Origin: Bythopirellula sp.
Lineage (GTDB): Bacteria; Planctomycetota; Planctomycetia; Pirellulales; Lacipirellulaceae
Length of the DNA: 64,000 nucleotides
NCBI GenBank assembly: GCA_965216565.1
Contig: OZ244170.1
Span: forward strand, 2,496,001-2,560,000
Reading direction: 5' to 3'
Of this stretch, positions 9,923 to 19,207 are shown in pieces (the first letter of the stretch is position 1; each line of letters opens with the position of its first letter). The translations under genes and the position numbers were made by a program. A model generated the notes under the pieces. It made no database searches, was not told the origin of the DNA, and worked only from the letters and a program-made list of their open reading frames with translations.

Positions 9923-11257
9923 TCAGTCGCCACGTAGCTTGAGATTGTTGAGCGTCAACTTCTCGCGAACCTCGTTGAGGCTCGTGACACCAAAGTTTTT
10001 GCACTCCAGCAAATCGTCACCCGTACGGCGGACGAGTTCGCCGATGGTGGTGAGCCCCAAGCGAACCATACACTTGCGGGCACGGACAGAAAGATTGAGG
10101 TCGGCGATCGGTCGATCGAGCAAGGCCCGTTCGTCGTCGCTGAGCGAGGACGGATCGTAGCTGGGCTCTTCTTCTCGCCAATTGCTGGCAAATTGCCCCA
10201 GTTCCAGGCCCTTGGAGTTAAGCATCTCGCGAATTTCCACGAGCGAGGTCTCGCCGAAGTTCTTACTGGAAAGCAGGTCTTGCTCGGAGGTTTCGGTGAG
10301 GTCGCCGAGGGTCATTACACCCATCTTCTGTAGACAGTTGCGACTACGGACAGAAAGCTCGAAATCGGTGACCGGCACGCTCAGGATTTGAGCTAGTCGA
10401 TCTTGCCGACGGCGGGCTTCTTCGTCGTAATACATGTCGCGGGAAGCTTCGGCATCTTTCATAAAGAGCCGTGCTCGCGGATGGTCTGGGTACACTTCCA
10501 AGATACGCTGGTAACATTGCTTAGCACGTTCGAAGTGCTCCATGTCTTCGTACAGCAGCCCAAGATTCAGCAGCGTGCCCGCATGAGCAGGAAACTGGCC
10601 GGAAGCACGCTCGTAGAGTTGGCGAGCATATTCGTCATTGCCATGGCGATCGTTTTCTAAGGCCAAACCAAAGAGTGCACCTGCGTGCGAGTTATCGGCT
10701 TCGACGGCTCGCTCCAGGTAAGCAATGACCTCCGAAGAACTACCACCCATGGCGGCCACGGTGGCCGATCGTTGGTAGAGGTACTCGGCAGTTTGTTCGA
10801 CGGCACCGGACAAACCGTCGAGCACATTGAGTGCTGCATTGGCTTGACCGTTGAGCCGCATTGCTTCGGCTTTGGCAAGTGCCACGTCGTCGCGGTTGTA
10901 ACCTGCTCGTTCGGCAGATTCGAAAGCGGCTTGCGCTTCGGCATAGTTATCCAGGGACAACTGTGCCTTGCCTAAGAAGTAGTGGGTGAGGGCACCACCA
11001 TCGGCATTGGTTAGGGTTTCGATGGCGTCGGAATATCGTCCCAGCAGATACTGGCAAACTCCCAGGCGGGCCGAGGCTGCCGGGGTGCGGCTTTCTTGTT
11101 GGCTCAGCTCGCCAACGGCGTCGCGCAATTGACGAAAGTTCGAAAAGTCACGCGAGATGGCCCCGGTGATTTCCTGGATTTCGTTCGGGCCAAAGGTGCT
11201 GTTGGAAACAACAATCTGTCGGACGTCTACTTCTGCTACTTCCGATACTTCAGACAT
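9923..11257 (-). CDS. TPR protein with two C-terminal RNA polymerase alpha-CTD-like domains
   Basis: TPR repeats followed by ELSVRSRNCL...KNFGETSLVEI and NLSVRARKCM...KNFGVTSLNEV, both matching the alpha-CTD signature. Confidence 0.85.
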   Translation of the reverse strand: MSEVSEVAEVDVRQIVVSNSTFGPNEIQEITGAISRDFSNFRQLRDAVGELSQQESRTPAASARLGVCQYLLGRYSDAIETLTNADGGALTHYFLGKAQLSLDNYAEAQAAFESAERAGYNRDDVALAKAEAMRLNGQANAALNVLDGLSGAVEQTAEYLYQRSATVAAMGGSSSEVIAYLERAVEADNSHAGALFGLALENDRHGNDEYARQLYERASGQFPAHAGTLLNLGLLYEDMEHFERAKQCYQRILEVYPDHPRARLFMKDAEASRDMYYDEEARRRQDRLAQILSVPVTDFELSVRSRNCLQKMGVMTLGDLTETSEQDLLSSKNFGETSLVEIREMLNSKGLELGQFASNWREEEPSYDPSSLSDDERALLDRPIADLNLSVRARKCMVRLGLTTIGELVRRTGDDLLECKNFGVTSLNEVREKLTLNNLKLRGD

Positions 11258-11340
11258 GGGTGACGAATTCCTTAAACGGGTTTTTCAAAAAATTGCTTCC
11301 GAGCGTGTCGGCGATTCTTCTTGGACAGCACAGGGAGGAA

Positions 11341-11414
11341 AGCCAGCGGCGGGAGTCGAACCCGCAACCCCCGCATTACGAATGCGGTGCTCTGCCAATT
11401 GAAGCTACGCTGGC
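11341..11414 (-). tRNA. tRNA-Thr(CGT)
   Basis: Reverse complement GCCAGCG...CCGCA TT CGT AA TGCGG...GGTTCGACTCC...CGCTGGCT folds as a cloverleaf; CCA is not encoded. Confidence 0.95.
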
Positions 11415-11713
11415 GCGTCGGGCGGTGAAGCTCCGCATCTGGGTCGGCTTCGCTCTCGGGTTGTTCTATTCAAGCCCCTCGATTTTTGTTCCCAGTCCCC
11501 TAGGGCACTGGTGTCTTGAGACTTGTTTAATCCGGTAAGTGTAGCATCAAGGCCCTTTCCAGCCAAGGGCCGGACAGGCCCGGGCAACGGTCGCCCGACG
11601 CTCTGAAATCCCGCCGCCGAATCCTGAAAGCAATGACTCTCGAACCGAGGCCACCAGCGTGGTAGATTCAAAGGGTATTCCCGCCCGGCGACGCCTAATG
11701 AGGTTATCAAGAA

Positions 11714-12787
11714 ATGTGCCGCATCCTTCCCCCTGTCTTTTCCCTGCGTGTTAAGTTCCTGTCTTGTACCGGATTGACCTTATTACTATCCATTGGGCTC
11801 ATTGGGCAGGGCAGGGCGGTTGCCGAAACTCAAGTGGGCGACCAGATAGAGCGTGCCGGCGACGAGATTGTGGTATGTGGCCAGTTATTTCACACTACAG
11901 CCCCCGTTGTGCTGTGGATGGATCCCGGCGGGTACGACGCCTATCGGGTGGAACGCCGGTTTGCACCTCAGGAGTCGTCTTCCTGGGAAGCAACGAAGAA
12001 CGAGAATCCAGAGTTCAGCTCGCCAAATCGTTATGGCCTGCGCGCCGAGGGCTTAACTCCCGATCAAATTGAAGCGTTCCGTGGTGGTGGCTGGGACTTG
12101 CCTTCGCTGCAGGATGTCGTGGATCAGTTCGTCATGCACTACGACGTCTGTGGCACCAGCGACGTTTGTTTTAAAGTGCTCCACGACATTCGCTGCTTGA
12201 GCGTCCACTTCATGTTAGATGTTGACGGTACCATCTATCAGACGCTCGATCTAAAAGAACGTGCCTGGCATGCCACGATCTCTAATCCGCGCTCGATCGG
12301 TGTAGAGATCGCCGGGATCGGAGCTTACCCCGCCGCGGATCACGATGTGCTTAAGAAGTGGTACATGGTCGATGAAGGGGGCGACCTGATGATTCGTCCG
12401 CAGCGCACGGTTGGCCATCTGGGTTTACGCGCGAAACCATTCTACGGTCGGCCCGATCGACCGGAGATTGTCGAAGGCACGATCCAAGGCACCAAACTGT
12501 ACCAATACGATTACACCCCCGAGCAGTACGATTCGCTCATTAAACTTACTGCTACTTTGTGCCGCGTTTTCCCGAAGCTCGAATGCGACTACCCCAAAGA
12601 CGACAACGGCGAACTGATTCCACACATGCTCGACAAGCCCGAGTGGAAGGAATTTGCCGGCGTACTGGGACACTATCATGTCCAAAAGAACAAGATCGAT
12701 CCCGGACCGGCGTTCAATTGGGAAAAGGTGATCGGTGGTGCGAGGGAACTAATTGACGAGGCTGAGAAGAGTGAAAAGGCAGAGTAG
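11714..12787 (+). CDS. N-acetylmuramoyl-L-alanine amidase (Amidase_2/AmpD-like), exported
   Basis: VMHY, SVHFMLD..GTIYQ, RAWHA, SIGVEI and GHYH...KIDPGPAFNW motifs; signal peptide. Confidence 0.85.
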   Translation: MCRILPPVFSLRVKFLSCTGLTLLLSIGLIGQGRAVAETQVGDQIERAGDEIVVCGQLFHTTAPVVLWMDPGGYDAYRVERRFAPQESSSWEATKNENPEFSSPNRYGLRAEGLTPDQIEAFRGGGWDLPSLQDVVDQFVMHYDVCGTSDVCFKVLHDIRCLSVHFMLDVDGTIYQTLDLKERAWHATISNPRSIGVEIAGIGAYPAADHDVLKKWYMVDEGGDLMIRPQRTVGHLGLRAKPFYGRPDRPEIVEGTIQGTKLYQYDYTPEQYDSLIKLTATLCRVFPKLECDYPKDDNGELIPHMLDKPEWKEFAGVLGHYHVQKNKIDPGPAFNWEKVIGGARELIDEAEKSEKAE

Positions 12788-12833
12788 GGGGGGCTTCGAA
12801 TTCCACGTCAGGACGGCGTATAGCGGATTCCAT

Positions 12834-12949
12834 CTGTCATTCTGAGTGCAACGAAGAATCTTGCCGGCGTATTGTGAATAGCCTGGAGCCCTGGGGCATC
12901 GCAGATTCGAGGCTTCGCGTAAATCCCTCGGCGGACCTCGGGATGACAG
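12834..12949. repeat. REP-like palindromic element with ends CTGTCATTCTGAG...CTCGGGATGACAG
   Basis: Imperfect terminal inverted repeat in the amidase-asd intergenic region. Confidence 0.6.
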
Positions 12950-13168
12950 GGTGCGAGCTTGTCAGACAGGATGCGAGCTCGTCACTCGAGTAGTTAAGCC
13001 CGACTCGTTGTCCCCTAGGCAGGGGCGACTTATAATACGGGCTTCGTTTGTCGCGACGGGCGTGAGCCTAAACACAGGGCCTTGTGTCTGAGGTTGCTAG
13101 TCGCGTCGCTTAGTAGGGCTAATACCTAAGTTCATTGAGTTTGAATTCATCGAGTTTGGAGAAATGCA

Positions 13169-14182
13169 GTGATTGAGTCGATTGCCATCGTTGGGGCCAC
13201 CGGAGCCGTGGGCACCCTGATCCGTCAGATGTTGGAGCAACGAGATTTTCCTTATAAGAAAATCACGTTCCTCGCTTCGGAACGATCGGCCGGCAAGACT
13301 CTGAAATTCAAAGGGGAAGATCACAAGGTTGAGTTGCTTTGCCCCGAGGCATTCGACGACATCGATCTGGCAATCGGCAGCACCCCCGATCCGGTCGCAA
13401 AAGAGTTTTGTCCCTGGGCGGTGGAACGCAATTGCGTGGTGGTCGACGAGAGCGGTTATTGGCGGATGGATCCCAAGGTGCCGCTGGTTGTGCCTGAGAT
13501 CAATCCGGAAGCGGCGCTACAGCACGAGGGCATCATCTCCAGCCCTAACTGTTCCACCACGCAAATGGTCTTGGCAATGAAGCCATTGCACGAGGCGGGC
13601 AAGATTCGCCGCGTGATCGTCAGCACTTACCAGGCCACCAGTGGAGCAGGGGTCCAGGGACAGGAAGATCTGGTCGCCGGCAGCAAAGCCTTCTTGGAAG
13701 AAGAGCCTTACGATTACCAAGCGTTCGCCCATCCCATCGCCTTCAACTTGATTCCGCAAATTGGTTCGGAAAAGTATAAGGGATACACTAGCGAAGAGAT
13801 GAAGATGGTACACGAGACGCAGAAAATCTTTGGCGACGATTCGATTCAGGTTTGTCCCACCTGCGTCCGCGTGCCGGTAGAGAACTGCCACAGCGAAAGC
13901 ATGTTGGTCGAAACTGAAAAGAAGATCACGGTCGAACTAGCCCGTGAACTATTTGCTGCCACACCAGGAATCAAAGTGCTCGACGACCTGGGCGCAGGCC
14001 TGTATCCCATGCCGCAGGATTGTGCAGGCGACGATGCCACCTTCGTCGGCCGCATTCGCGAAGACATCTCATGCGACAACGGCTTGGCATTCTGGTGCGT
14101 GAGCGACAACTTACGCAAAGGTGCCGCGACGAACGCCATTCAGATCGCCGAGTTGCTGATTAAGAGCGAAGCGGCGGTGTAG
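13169..14182 (+). CDS. asd: Aspartate-semialdehyde dehydrogenase
   Basis: IVGATGAVG, SPNCSTT, TYQATSGAG and DNLRKGAATNAIQIAE. Confidence 0.97.
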   Translation: MIESIAIVGATGAVGTLIRQMLEQRDFPYKKITFLASERSAGKTLKFKGEDHKVELLCPEAFDDIDLAIGSTPDPVAKEFCPWAVERNCVVVDESGYWRMDPKVPLVVPEINPEAALQHEGIISSPNCSTTQMVLAMKPLHEAGKIRRVIVSTYQATSGAGVQGQEDLVAGSKAFLEEEPYDYQAFAHPIAFNLIPQIGSEKYKGYTSEEMKMVHETQKIFGDDSIQVCPTCVRVPVENCHSESMLVETEKKITVELARELFAATPGIKVLDDLGAGLYPMPQDCAGDDATFVGRIREDISCDNGLAFWCVSDNLRKGAATNAIQIAELLIKSEAAV

Positions 14183-14222
14183 CGGTAGCGAAACGGATTG
14201 CTGCTAGTTGGTTCCAATAGCC

Positions 14223-14537
14223 TCAATCATCCAGCGGGCTGGGGAGCTGGCTGCCGTGCCGGAATTTCAGCACCCGCACAACTTTAAGTTCTTCGTCGAT
14301 GGTATAGATGAATAAACAGCGGTCGACGACCAACACACGCAGACCAAGGTTCTCGAAGTCGTTTTCTGGAGCATACGGGCAACGGTGAGGCATGTGCTCT
14401 AGTGACAATATTCTGCGAACAGATTTCTCCCACTAGTTAATCGCAACTTGAGGGGAACCGTGTTCGGAGATGTAGTCCAGGTAGCTTTCCACTCCGGCCA
14501 GCATTTTGTCAGAAAGGATGACGCGATATTTCTTCAT
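14223..14537 (-). pseudogene. RelE/ParE-family toxin with in-frame TAG at codon 35
   Basis: MKKYRVILSDKMLAGVESYLDYISEHGSPQVAIN*WEKSVRRILSLEHMPHRCP...VVRVLKFRHGSQ. The stop lies at 14433-14435, and the start overlaps the upstream gene's stop (ATGA). Confidence 0.8.
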
Positions 14538-14803
14538 CGAGGCATCTTGAAGCCGAACTTCTTGCCGAGTTCGCTGAGAGCCTCACGTGCATCGTGGCCT
14601 CCACCTTCCTTCATTTCCTCGTTGATCCTATCGCACTCGGCGGCACTCTGCCGAAGTTCTTCATCCGTCATTCCGCACTTCAGGTCAAATGCGGCTTCGT
14701 CGGCAAGCGACTGCAAGTATGTCGCCACGTTAATAAAACCCGCTGCGGAGGCCTGTTCGCTAAGCTTGGCGAATTGATCGTCAGGTAATTCAATACTTGC
14801 CAT
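14534..14803 (-). CDS. Putative type II antitoxin
   Basis: Small acidic protein (MASIELPDDQFAKLSEQASAAGF..VATYLQSL) translationally coupled upstream of the ParE-like toxin. Confidence 0.7.
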   Translation of the reverse strand: MASIELPDDQFAKLSEQASAAGFINVATYLQSLADEAAFDLKCGMTDEELRQSAAECDRINEEMKEGGGHDAREALSELGKKFGFKMPR

Positions 14804-14906
14804 GCTACAATTCTCGCATCCAATCGAGTTATTTGTCAAAGGGAAACCGTATTCTTCAGCTAGAACCTAATTAATTCTAAGTTATTAAGCCACAGAGCTT
14901 TCTCCC

Positions 14907-15653
14907 ATGCCCACCTTCAAACTCACACTCGCCTACGATGGCACCGACTTTTGTGGTTGGCAGGCGCAGCCGGGGCAGAGAACGGTGCAGGGGGAACTTC
15001 GAAGTGCTTGGCAATCCATTACCGGTGAAGAGGTGCGGATGCACGCTTCCAGCCGGACCGACTCTGGCGTCCATGCGTTGGGGCAGGTGGTGGGCATCCA
15101 AAGCGAAACGGCGTTGACGGCCGACGAACTTCTGGGCGGAATCAATGCCAAGCTTCCGGCAGACGTGTTGCTGCGAAAGATCGAACCGGCGGCGGACGAG
15201 TTTCATGCCACTCACGACAGCACAGGCAAACGGTATCGGTACCGCATCCACAACGAACGATTGCGGCCCTTATTCGATCGTGGTCGTGTGTGGCATGTGC
15301 CGCAACCGCTCGATGCCGCTGCCATGCACTCGGCAGGGCAGGCCATCGTGGGCAAACACGACTTTGCCGGATTTCAAGCCGTGGGCAGTCCCCGCGAAAG
15401 CACCGTGCGAACGATTCACTCGCTTGTCGTGACGCGAGGCGGGGGCGACGAATCGACGCAGGTTTCGATAGAGGTGCGCGGCGATGGGTTTCTCTATAAT
15501 ATGGTCCGCATCATCGCTGGTTCGCTCGTAGATGTTGGCACGGGCCGACGTGACGAGACATTTCTTGCCGAGGCGCTAGCAAGCTGTGATCGTACCAATG
15601 CCGGGATGACTGCTCCCGCACAGGGACTTGTACTGGTGGAAGTCGAGTACTGA
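14907..15653 (+). CDS. truA: tRNA pseudouridine(38-40) synthase
   Basis: LAYDGTDFCGWQ, SRTDSGVHA, GKHDF and GFLYNMVRII. Confidence 0.96.
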   Translation: MPTFKLTLAYDGTDFCGWQAQPGQRTVQGELRSAWQSITGEEVRMHASSRTDSGVHALGQVVGIQSETALTADELLGGINAKLPADVLLRKIEPAADEFHATHDSTGKRYRYRIHNERLRPLFDRGRVWHVPQPLDAAAMHSAGQAIVGKHDFAGFQAVGSPRESTVRTIHSLVVTRGGGDESTQVSIEVRGDGFLYNMVRIIAGSLVDVGTGRRDETFLAEALASCDRTNAGMTAPAQGLVLVEVEY

Positions 15654-15798
15654 GTGAATTCGGATTTCTGGACGGGGATTGCGGATTGTACGTTGGTTTC
15701 TCCGCTCTTTCACGAAGTTTACCAGCAGACTAAACTAAGGTGCTACAGCCGCTCGTGTTTCTATCCGAAATCCGCAATCCCCAATCCGATATTACTGA

Positions 15799-16692
15799 AT
15801 GAGTATCCCTGCTGGCAAAGAAACCGTTGGCTCTTACCGCCTGTATCACTTGATTCGGGCAGGGGCGATGTACGAGATTTGGGCGGTGCGACCCCTGGAT
15901 CGCGACGAGCCGATGGCCATGAAATGGCTACCCAAAGGCAAGAAGCACACGAAAGAAGCTGCCGACGGTTTGAAGCACGAATACGAAGTGGGCAAATCGC
16001 TCATCCATCCTTCGATCATTAAGACTTTCGACTACGGGACAGGCAAAGACGGCGGTTATTTGGTGATGGAGTTGTTTAAAACTCCTAACCTAAAGCAACA
16101 GATTCACGAAGGCGTCGAAAAGCTGCATTATCGGCTCTCTGAAATATTATGCGCCGCGGCACTGGCCCTGGAGCATATGCACAAAGAAGGCTGGACCCAT
16201 CGCGACGTGAAGCCAGACAATTACCTCGTTGACGAAAACAACGACGTCCGGCTGATCGACTTTACGATTGCCCGCAAGATACCGTCGGGGCTGAGCAAAC
16301 TGTTCAAGAGCAAAGCGCCAGTGCAGGGGTCTTATAGCTATATGTCCCCAGAGCAAATTCGTGGCAAAGAAGTCGACGCCCGCGCGGATATTTACAGTTT
16401 TGGTTGTATGGTATACGAACTGATGTCAGGCAAAGTGCCATTCACGGCGACGTCGTCTTCGGAGTTACTGAACAAGCATCTGAAGGCAAGACCGCAACCG
16501 CTCGACATGTTGCAAAAAAACGTTCAACCAGACTTTGCAAAGCTCGTTCATCGTATGTTGGCAAAAGATCCCAAAGATCGTCCCGACTCATTACTTGAGT
16601 TCTATCGCGAGTTGAAAGCGGGACGATGTTTCCATATTTCTCCGAAACCTCCCAAGCCGGAAGACGAACAGTCTGAGCAGGAGGAAGATTAA
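15799..16692 (+). CDS. Cytoplasmic Hanks-type Ser/Thr protein kinase
   Basis: AMK, HRDVKPDN, DFT, YMSPEQ and DIYSFG motifs; no TM segment or sensor domain. Confidence 0.92.
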   Translation: MSIPAGKETVGSYRLYHLIRAGAMYEIWAVRPLDRDEPMAMKWLPKGKKHTKEAADGLKHEYEVGKSLIHPSIIKTFDYGTGKDGGYLVMELFKTPNLKQQIHEGVEKLHYRLSEILCAAALALEHMHKEGWTHRDVKPDNYLVDENNDVRLIDFTIARKIPSGLSKLFKSKAPVQGSYSYMSPEQIRGKEVDARADIYSFGCMVYELMSGKVPFTATSSSELLNKHLKARPQPLDMLQKNVQPDFAKLVHRMLAKDPKDRPDSLLEFYRELKAGRCFHISPKPPKPEDEQSEQEED

Positions 16693-16694
16693 TC

Positions 16695-17687
16695 ATGGCA
16701 AGTACCGCATTTCGTTTACCGTTTGAACAGCCAATCTACGAATTGTCTGAGCAAATTGATGACCTTGAGAGCAATGACTCAAAGACGCCCGAAATGCACG
16801 ATCGCATTCGCGGTCTGCGGAAACAGCTCACCGAGACAACCAAAACGATCTACAAGAATCTCGGTCCTTGGGAAACGGTACGCGTTGCGCGTCATCCAGA
16901 TCGTCCCATGTTCACCGACTATATGAATTTGGTGTTTGATGAATTTGTCGAGCTACACGGCGACAAGTTTTTTGGCGACGATCGCGCACTCCGCACAGGT
17001 TTTGCCAAGATCGACCAATTCAAAGTGTTGGTAGCCGGGCATCACAAAGGCAAGACCCTCAAGGAGCGCAATGAGTGTTACTTTGGTTGTGCGCATCCAG
17101 AAGGGTATCGCAAGGCCATGGAAAAGATGCAATTGGCGGCTAAGTACGGCTTGCCAATCATCACGCTGATCGATACGCCAGGTGCCTATCCGGGAATTGG
17201 CGCCGAAGAACGGGGCCAGGCCCAGGTGATTGCCGAAAGCATGCTTGCCATGTCGCGACTGCCGGTGCCAATCATATGTATTGTGATTGGCGAAGGTGGC
17301 TCGGGCGGTGCTTTGGGAATTGGCGTTGGCGATCGTGTTGCCGTTTTGCAACACGCCTATTATTCGGTGATCAGTCCCGAAGGCTGCGCCGGCATCCTCT
17401 GGAAAAGTCACGACTACGCCGAGCAAGCGGCCCAAGCCTTGCGAATCACTTCCAGCCATCTGGAGAAGTTTGGAGCCGTCGACGACGTCATTGAGGAGCC
17501 CCTGGGTGGTGCCCATCGCGACCACCATCAGACGGCGGGTCGATTGAAGATGTATCTCATCAAAACGCTCCGCGAATTGTCGAAATTGCCCACCGACGAG
17601 CTGCTGAGTCAGCGGTACGAACGATTCCGCAAAATTGGCCCGTTCAGCGAGGCTGCGGACGATTCTGGGAGCAATTCTGAGGGCTGA
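16695..17687 (+). CDS. accA: Acetyl-CoA carboxylase carboxyltransferase alpha subunit
   Basis: ARHPDRP, LHGDK.FGDD, IDTPGAYPGIGAEERGQ, GEGGSGGAL and YSVISPEGCA. Confidence 0.97.
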   Translation: MASTAFRLPFEQPIYELSEQIDDLESNDSKTPEMHDRIRGLRKQLTETTKTIYKNLGPWETVRVARHPDRPMFTDYMNLVFDEFVELHGDKFFGDDRALRTGFAKIDQFKVLVAGHHKGKTLKERNECYFGCAHPEGYRKAMEKMQLAAKYGLPIITLIDTPGAYPGIGAEERGQAQVIAESMLAMSRLPVPIICIVIGEGGSGGALGIGVGDRVAVLQHAYYSVISPEGCAGILWKSHDYAEQAAQALRITSSHLEKFGAVDDVIEEPLGGAHRDHHQTAGRLKMYLIKTLRELSKLPTDELLSQRYERFRKIGPFSEAADDSGSNSEG

Positions 17688-17955
17688 TTCTCTCGGGCCC
17701 GGCGGTCCATCGGATCGCGGCTGTTTTCCAGAGATTTAGACTTTGCTTGCTCCTTCTAAATCCCCTTTGCTGCATTCACATTCATGGTGCATGCTTCGCT
17801 ACTTCGGGGTCATTTTCGGACGCGCCAAATCGTTCCATTTACGGACAGATTTCTGACGTCAGCATGCGGCTGGTTCATTGCAATTTAGGTGACGGTTTGA
17901 GGCCGTAGGGTGGGGCGTGAGATGCAAATAGCATGTATTCCAGACTCTAGCCCCA

Positions 17956-17983
17956 ACGTCCGATAATCATAGTGGAGTATGGC
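17956..17983 (+). other. Left junction (attL-like): XerC arm + hexamer + degenerate XerD arm
   Basis: ACGTCCGATAA TCATAG TGGAGTATGGC. Confidence 0.8.
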
Positions 17984-18085
17984 GTAAGCTGGCACTCATT
18001 CTAGGTTTCTCAGACCTGGACAGGGCAGTGCGGATCAGTCCCCGTGGGCGAGTCCGCACTGCCAATTTTCTAGGAGTGCCACTAG

Positions 18086-19207
18086 ATGTTCTCTATGAAG
18101 CTCAAGGACCGCGAGTCCTGGCTTGATCCGGAGTCTGCCGGAATTTTGGGGTGGAAGTTGGGTAAGCGTCTGTGGGCCCGTTGCAAGGGCCACGAGGGAC
18201 GTTTCATCACGCTCACGTACGATCGTAAGAATTACCTAGATGCCCAAGATTGTTTCGACAAGTCCAGGGCACAGAAGCATGTCTCTCGTTTCATGCGGAA
18301 GCTAGGAGCAGCTATCAATTGCGATCTGCGTGGTAAGTGGATTTGCAAGTTGGAGTTCCAAGAGGGCGGGTGGGTCCACTGGCACATTCTGTTGCTGGAC
18401 GTTGGTTACATTCCACAGAAGATCGTTCTTGATATCTGGGGTAAGGGCTTCATCCACCTTAAGCAACTCAACGAAGCGAATGCGATGTATCTGACCAAGT
18501 ACGTTGCGAAGGACGGATCGATTCCAGGTTTCGTATATGACTATCCGTCACGGAGCATCAAGGTTGTCAGAGCGTCACTTGGTTTTTGGAACGATGAGCA
18601 GGCGAAGAGAGCGAGGGAGAAGGCGGCTAAGAGCCGTCGTTCTACTCGTGCTCAACTTATGAAGGGAGCGAAGCGGGAAGAACAGTTCTATGTTCCGGTT
18701 GGTGAGAAGCTGCGACAAGAGGCAGTGTTGTTCCGAACTGGGAGGCGAACATTCTCACTTAAGTGCTCTCGTCTTAAAGTACTGCAAGCTCTTCGTAAGT
18801 ACTGCGGACAACCCAAGGTTGAGGGAACATGGCGACACTACGCAGATGGTGATCAAGTACTGGATCGAGTGGTAGTGGAGTGTGATCCGGCGAGGACGAG
18901 CAGCGTGCGGAAGCAATCGCCCGCAGCCGGAGCAACAGCTCCGCATGACACCCGACCACTATTCTTGAAAGGAACCGGTAATCGTGTCGGATGGTGGTTG
19001 GTCCTGGTAAAGGGCAAGTATCGTACTGTTAGCCCTGCTGACATTGCTGGCAGATTGTCCAAGTGGTGGGCTAAGAATGCTCCGTGGTGGACGCTGCAGT
19101 GGATCGAGCAGGAAGCTAGATATCAGCTTGGAATGACGATGCACGGACATTGGGGTGAACCCTCGGATGCTCGTCCTAATTTGGAGAAGGCCTCATGCAA
19201 TTACTAA
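18086..19207 (+). CDS. HUH rolling-circle replication initiator (Rep), copy 1
   Basis: Motif I FITLTY, motif II HWHILL (HUH) preceded by LEFQ..G, and motif III YLTKYVAK (two tyrosines). Confidence 0.9.
   Translation: MFSMKLKDRESWLDPESAGILGWKLGKRLWARCKGHEGRFITLTYDRKNYLDAQDCFDKSRAQKHVSRFMRKLGAAINCDLRGKWICKLEFQEGGWVHWHILLLDVGYIPQKIVLDIWGKGFIHLKQLNEANAMYLTKYVAKDGSIPGFVYDYPSRSIKVVRASLGFWNDEQAKRAREKAAKSRRSTRAQLMKGAKREEQFYVPVGEKLRQEAVLFRTGRRTFSLKCSRLKVLQALRKYCGQPKVEGTWRHYADGDQVLDRVVVECDPARTSSVRKQSPAAGATAPHDTRPLFLKGTGNRVGWWLVLVKGKYRTVSPADIAGRLSKWWAKNAPWWTLQWIEQEARYQLGMTMHGHWGEPSDARPNLEKASCNY

Noticed and set aside
11341..11414. tRNA-Thr as an integration site for an island
   Set aside because: No duplicated tRNA 3' end or integrase was noticed, and housekeeping genes flank it.
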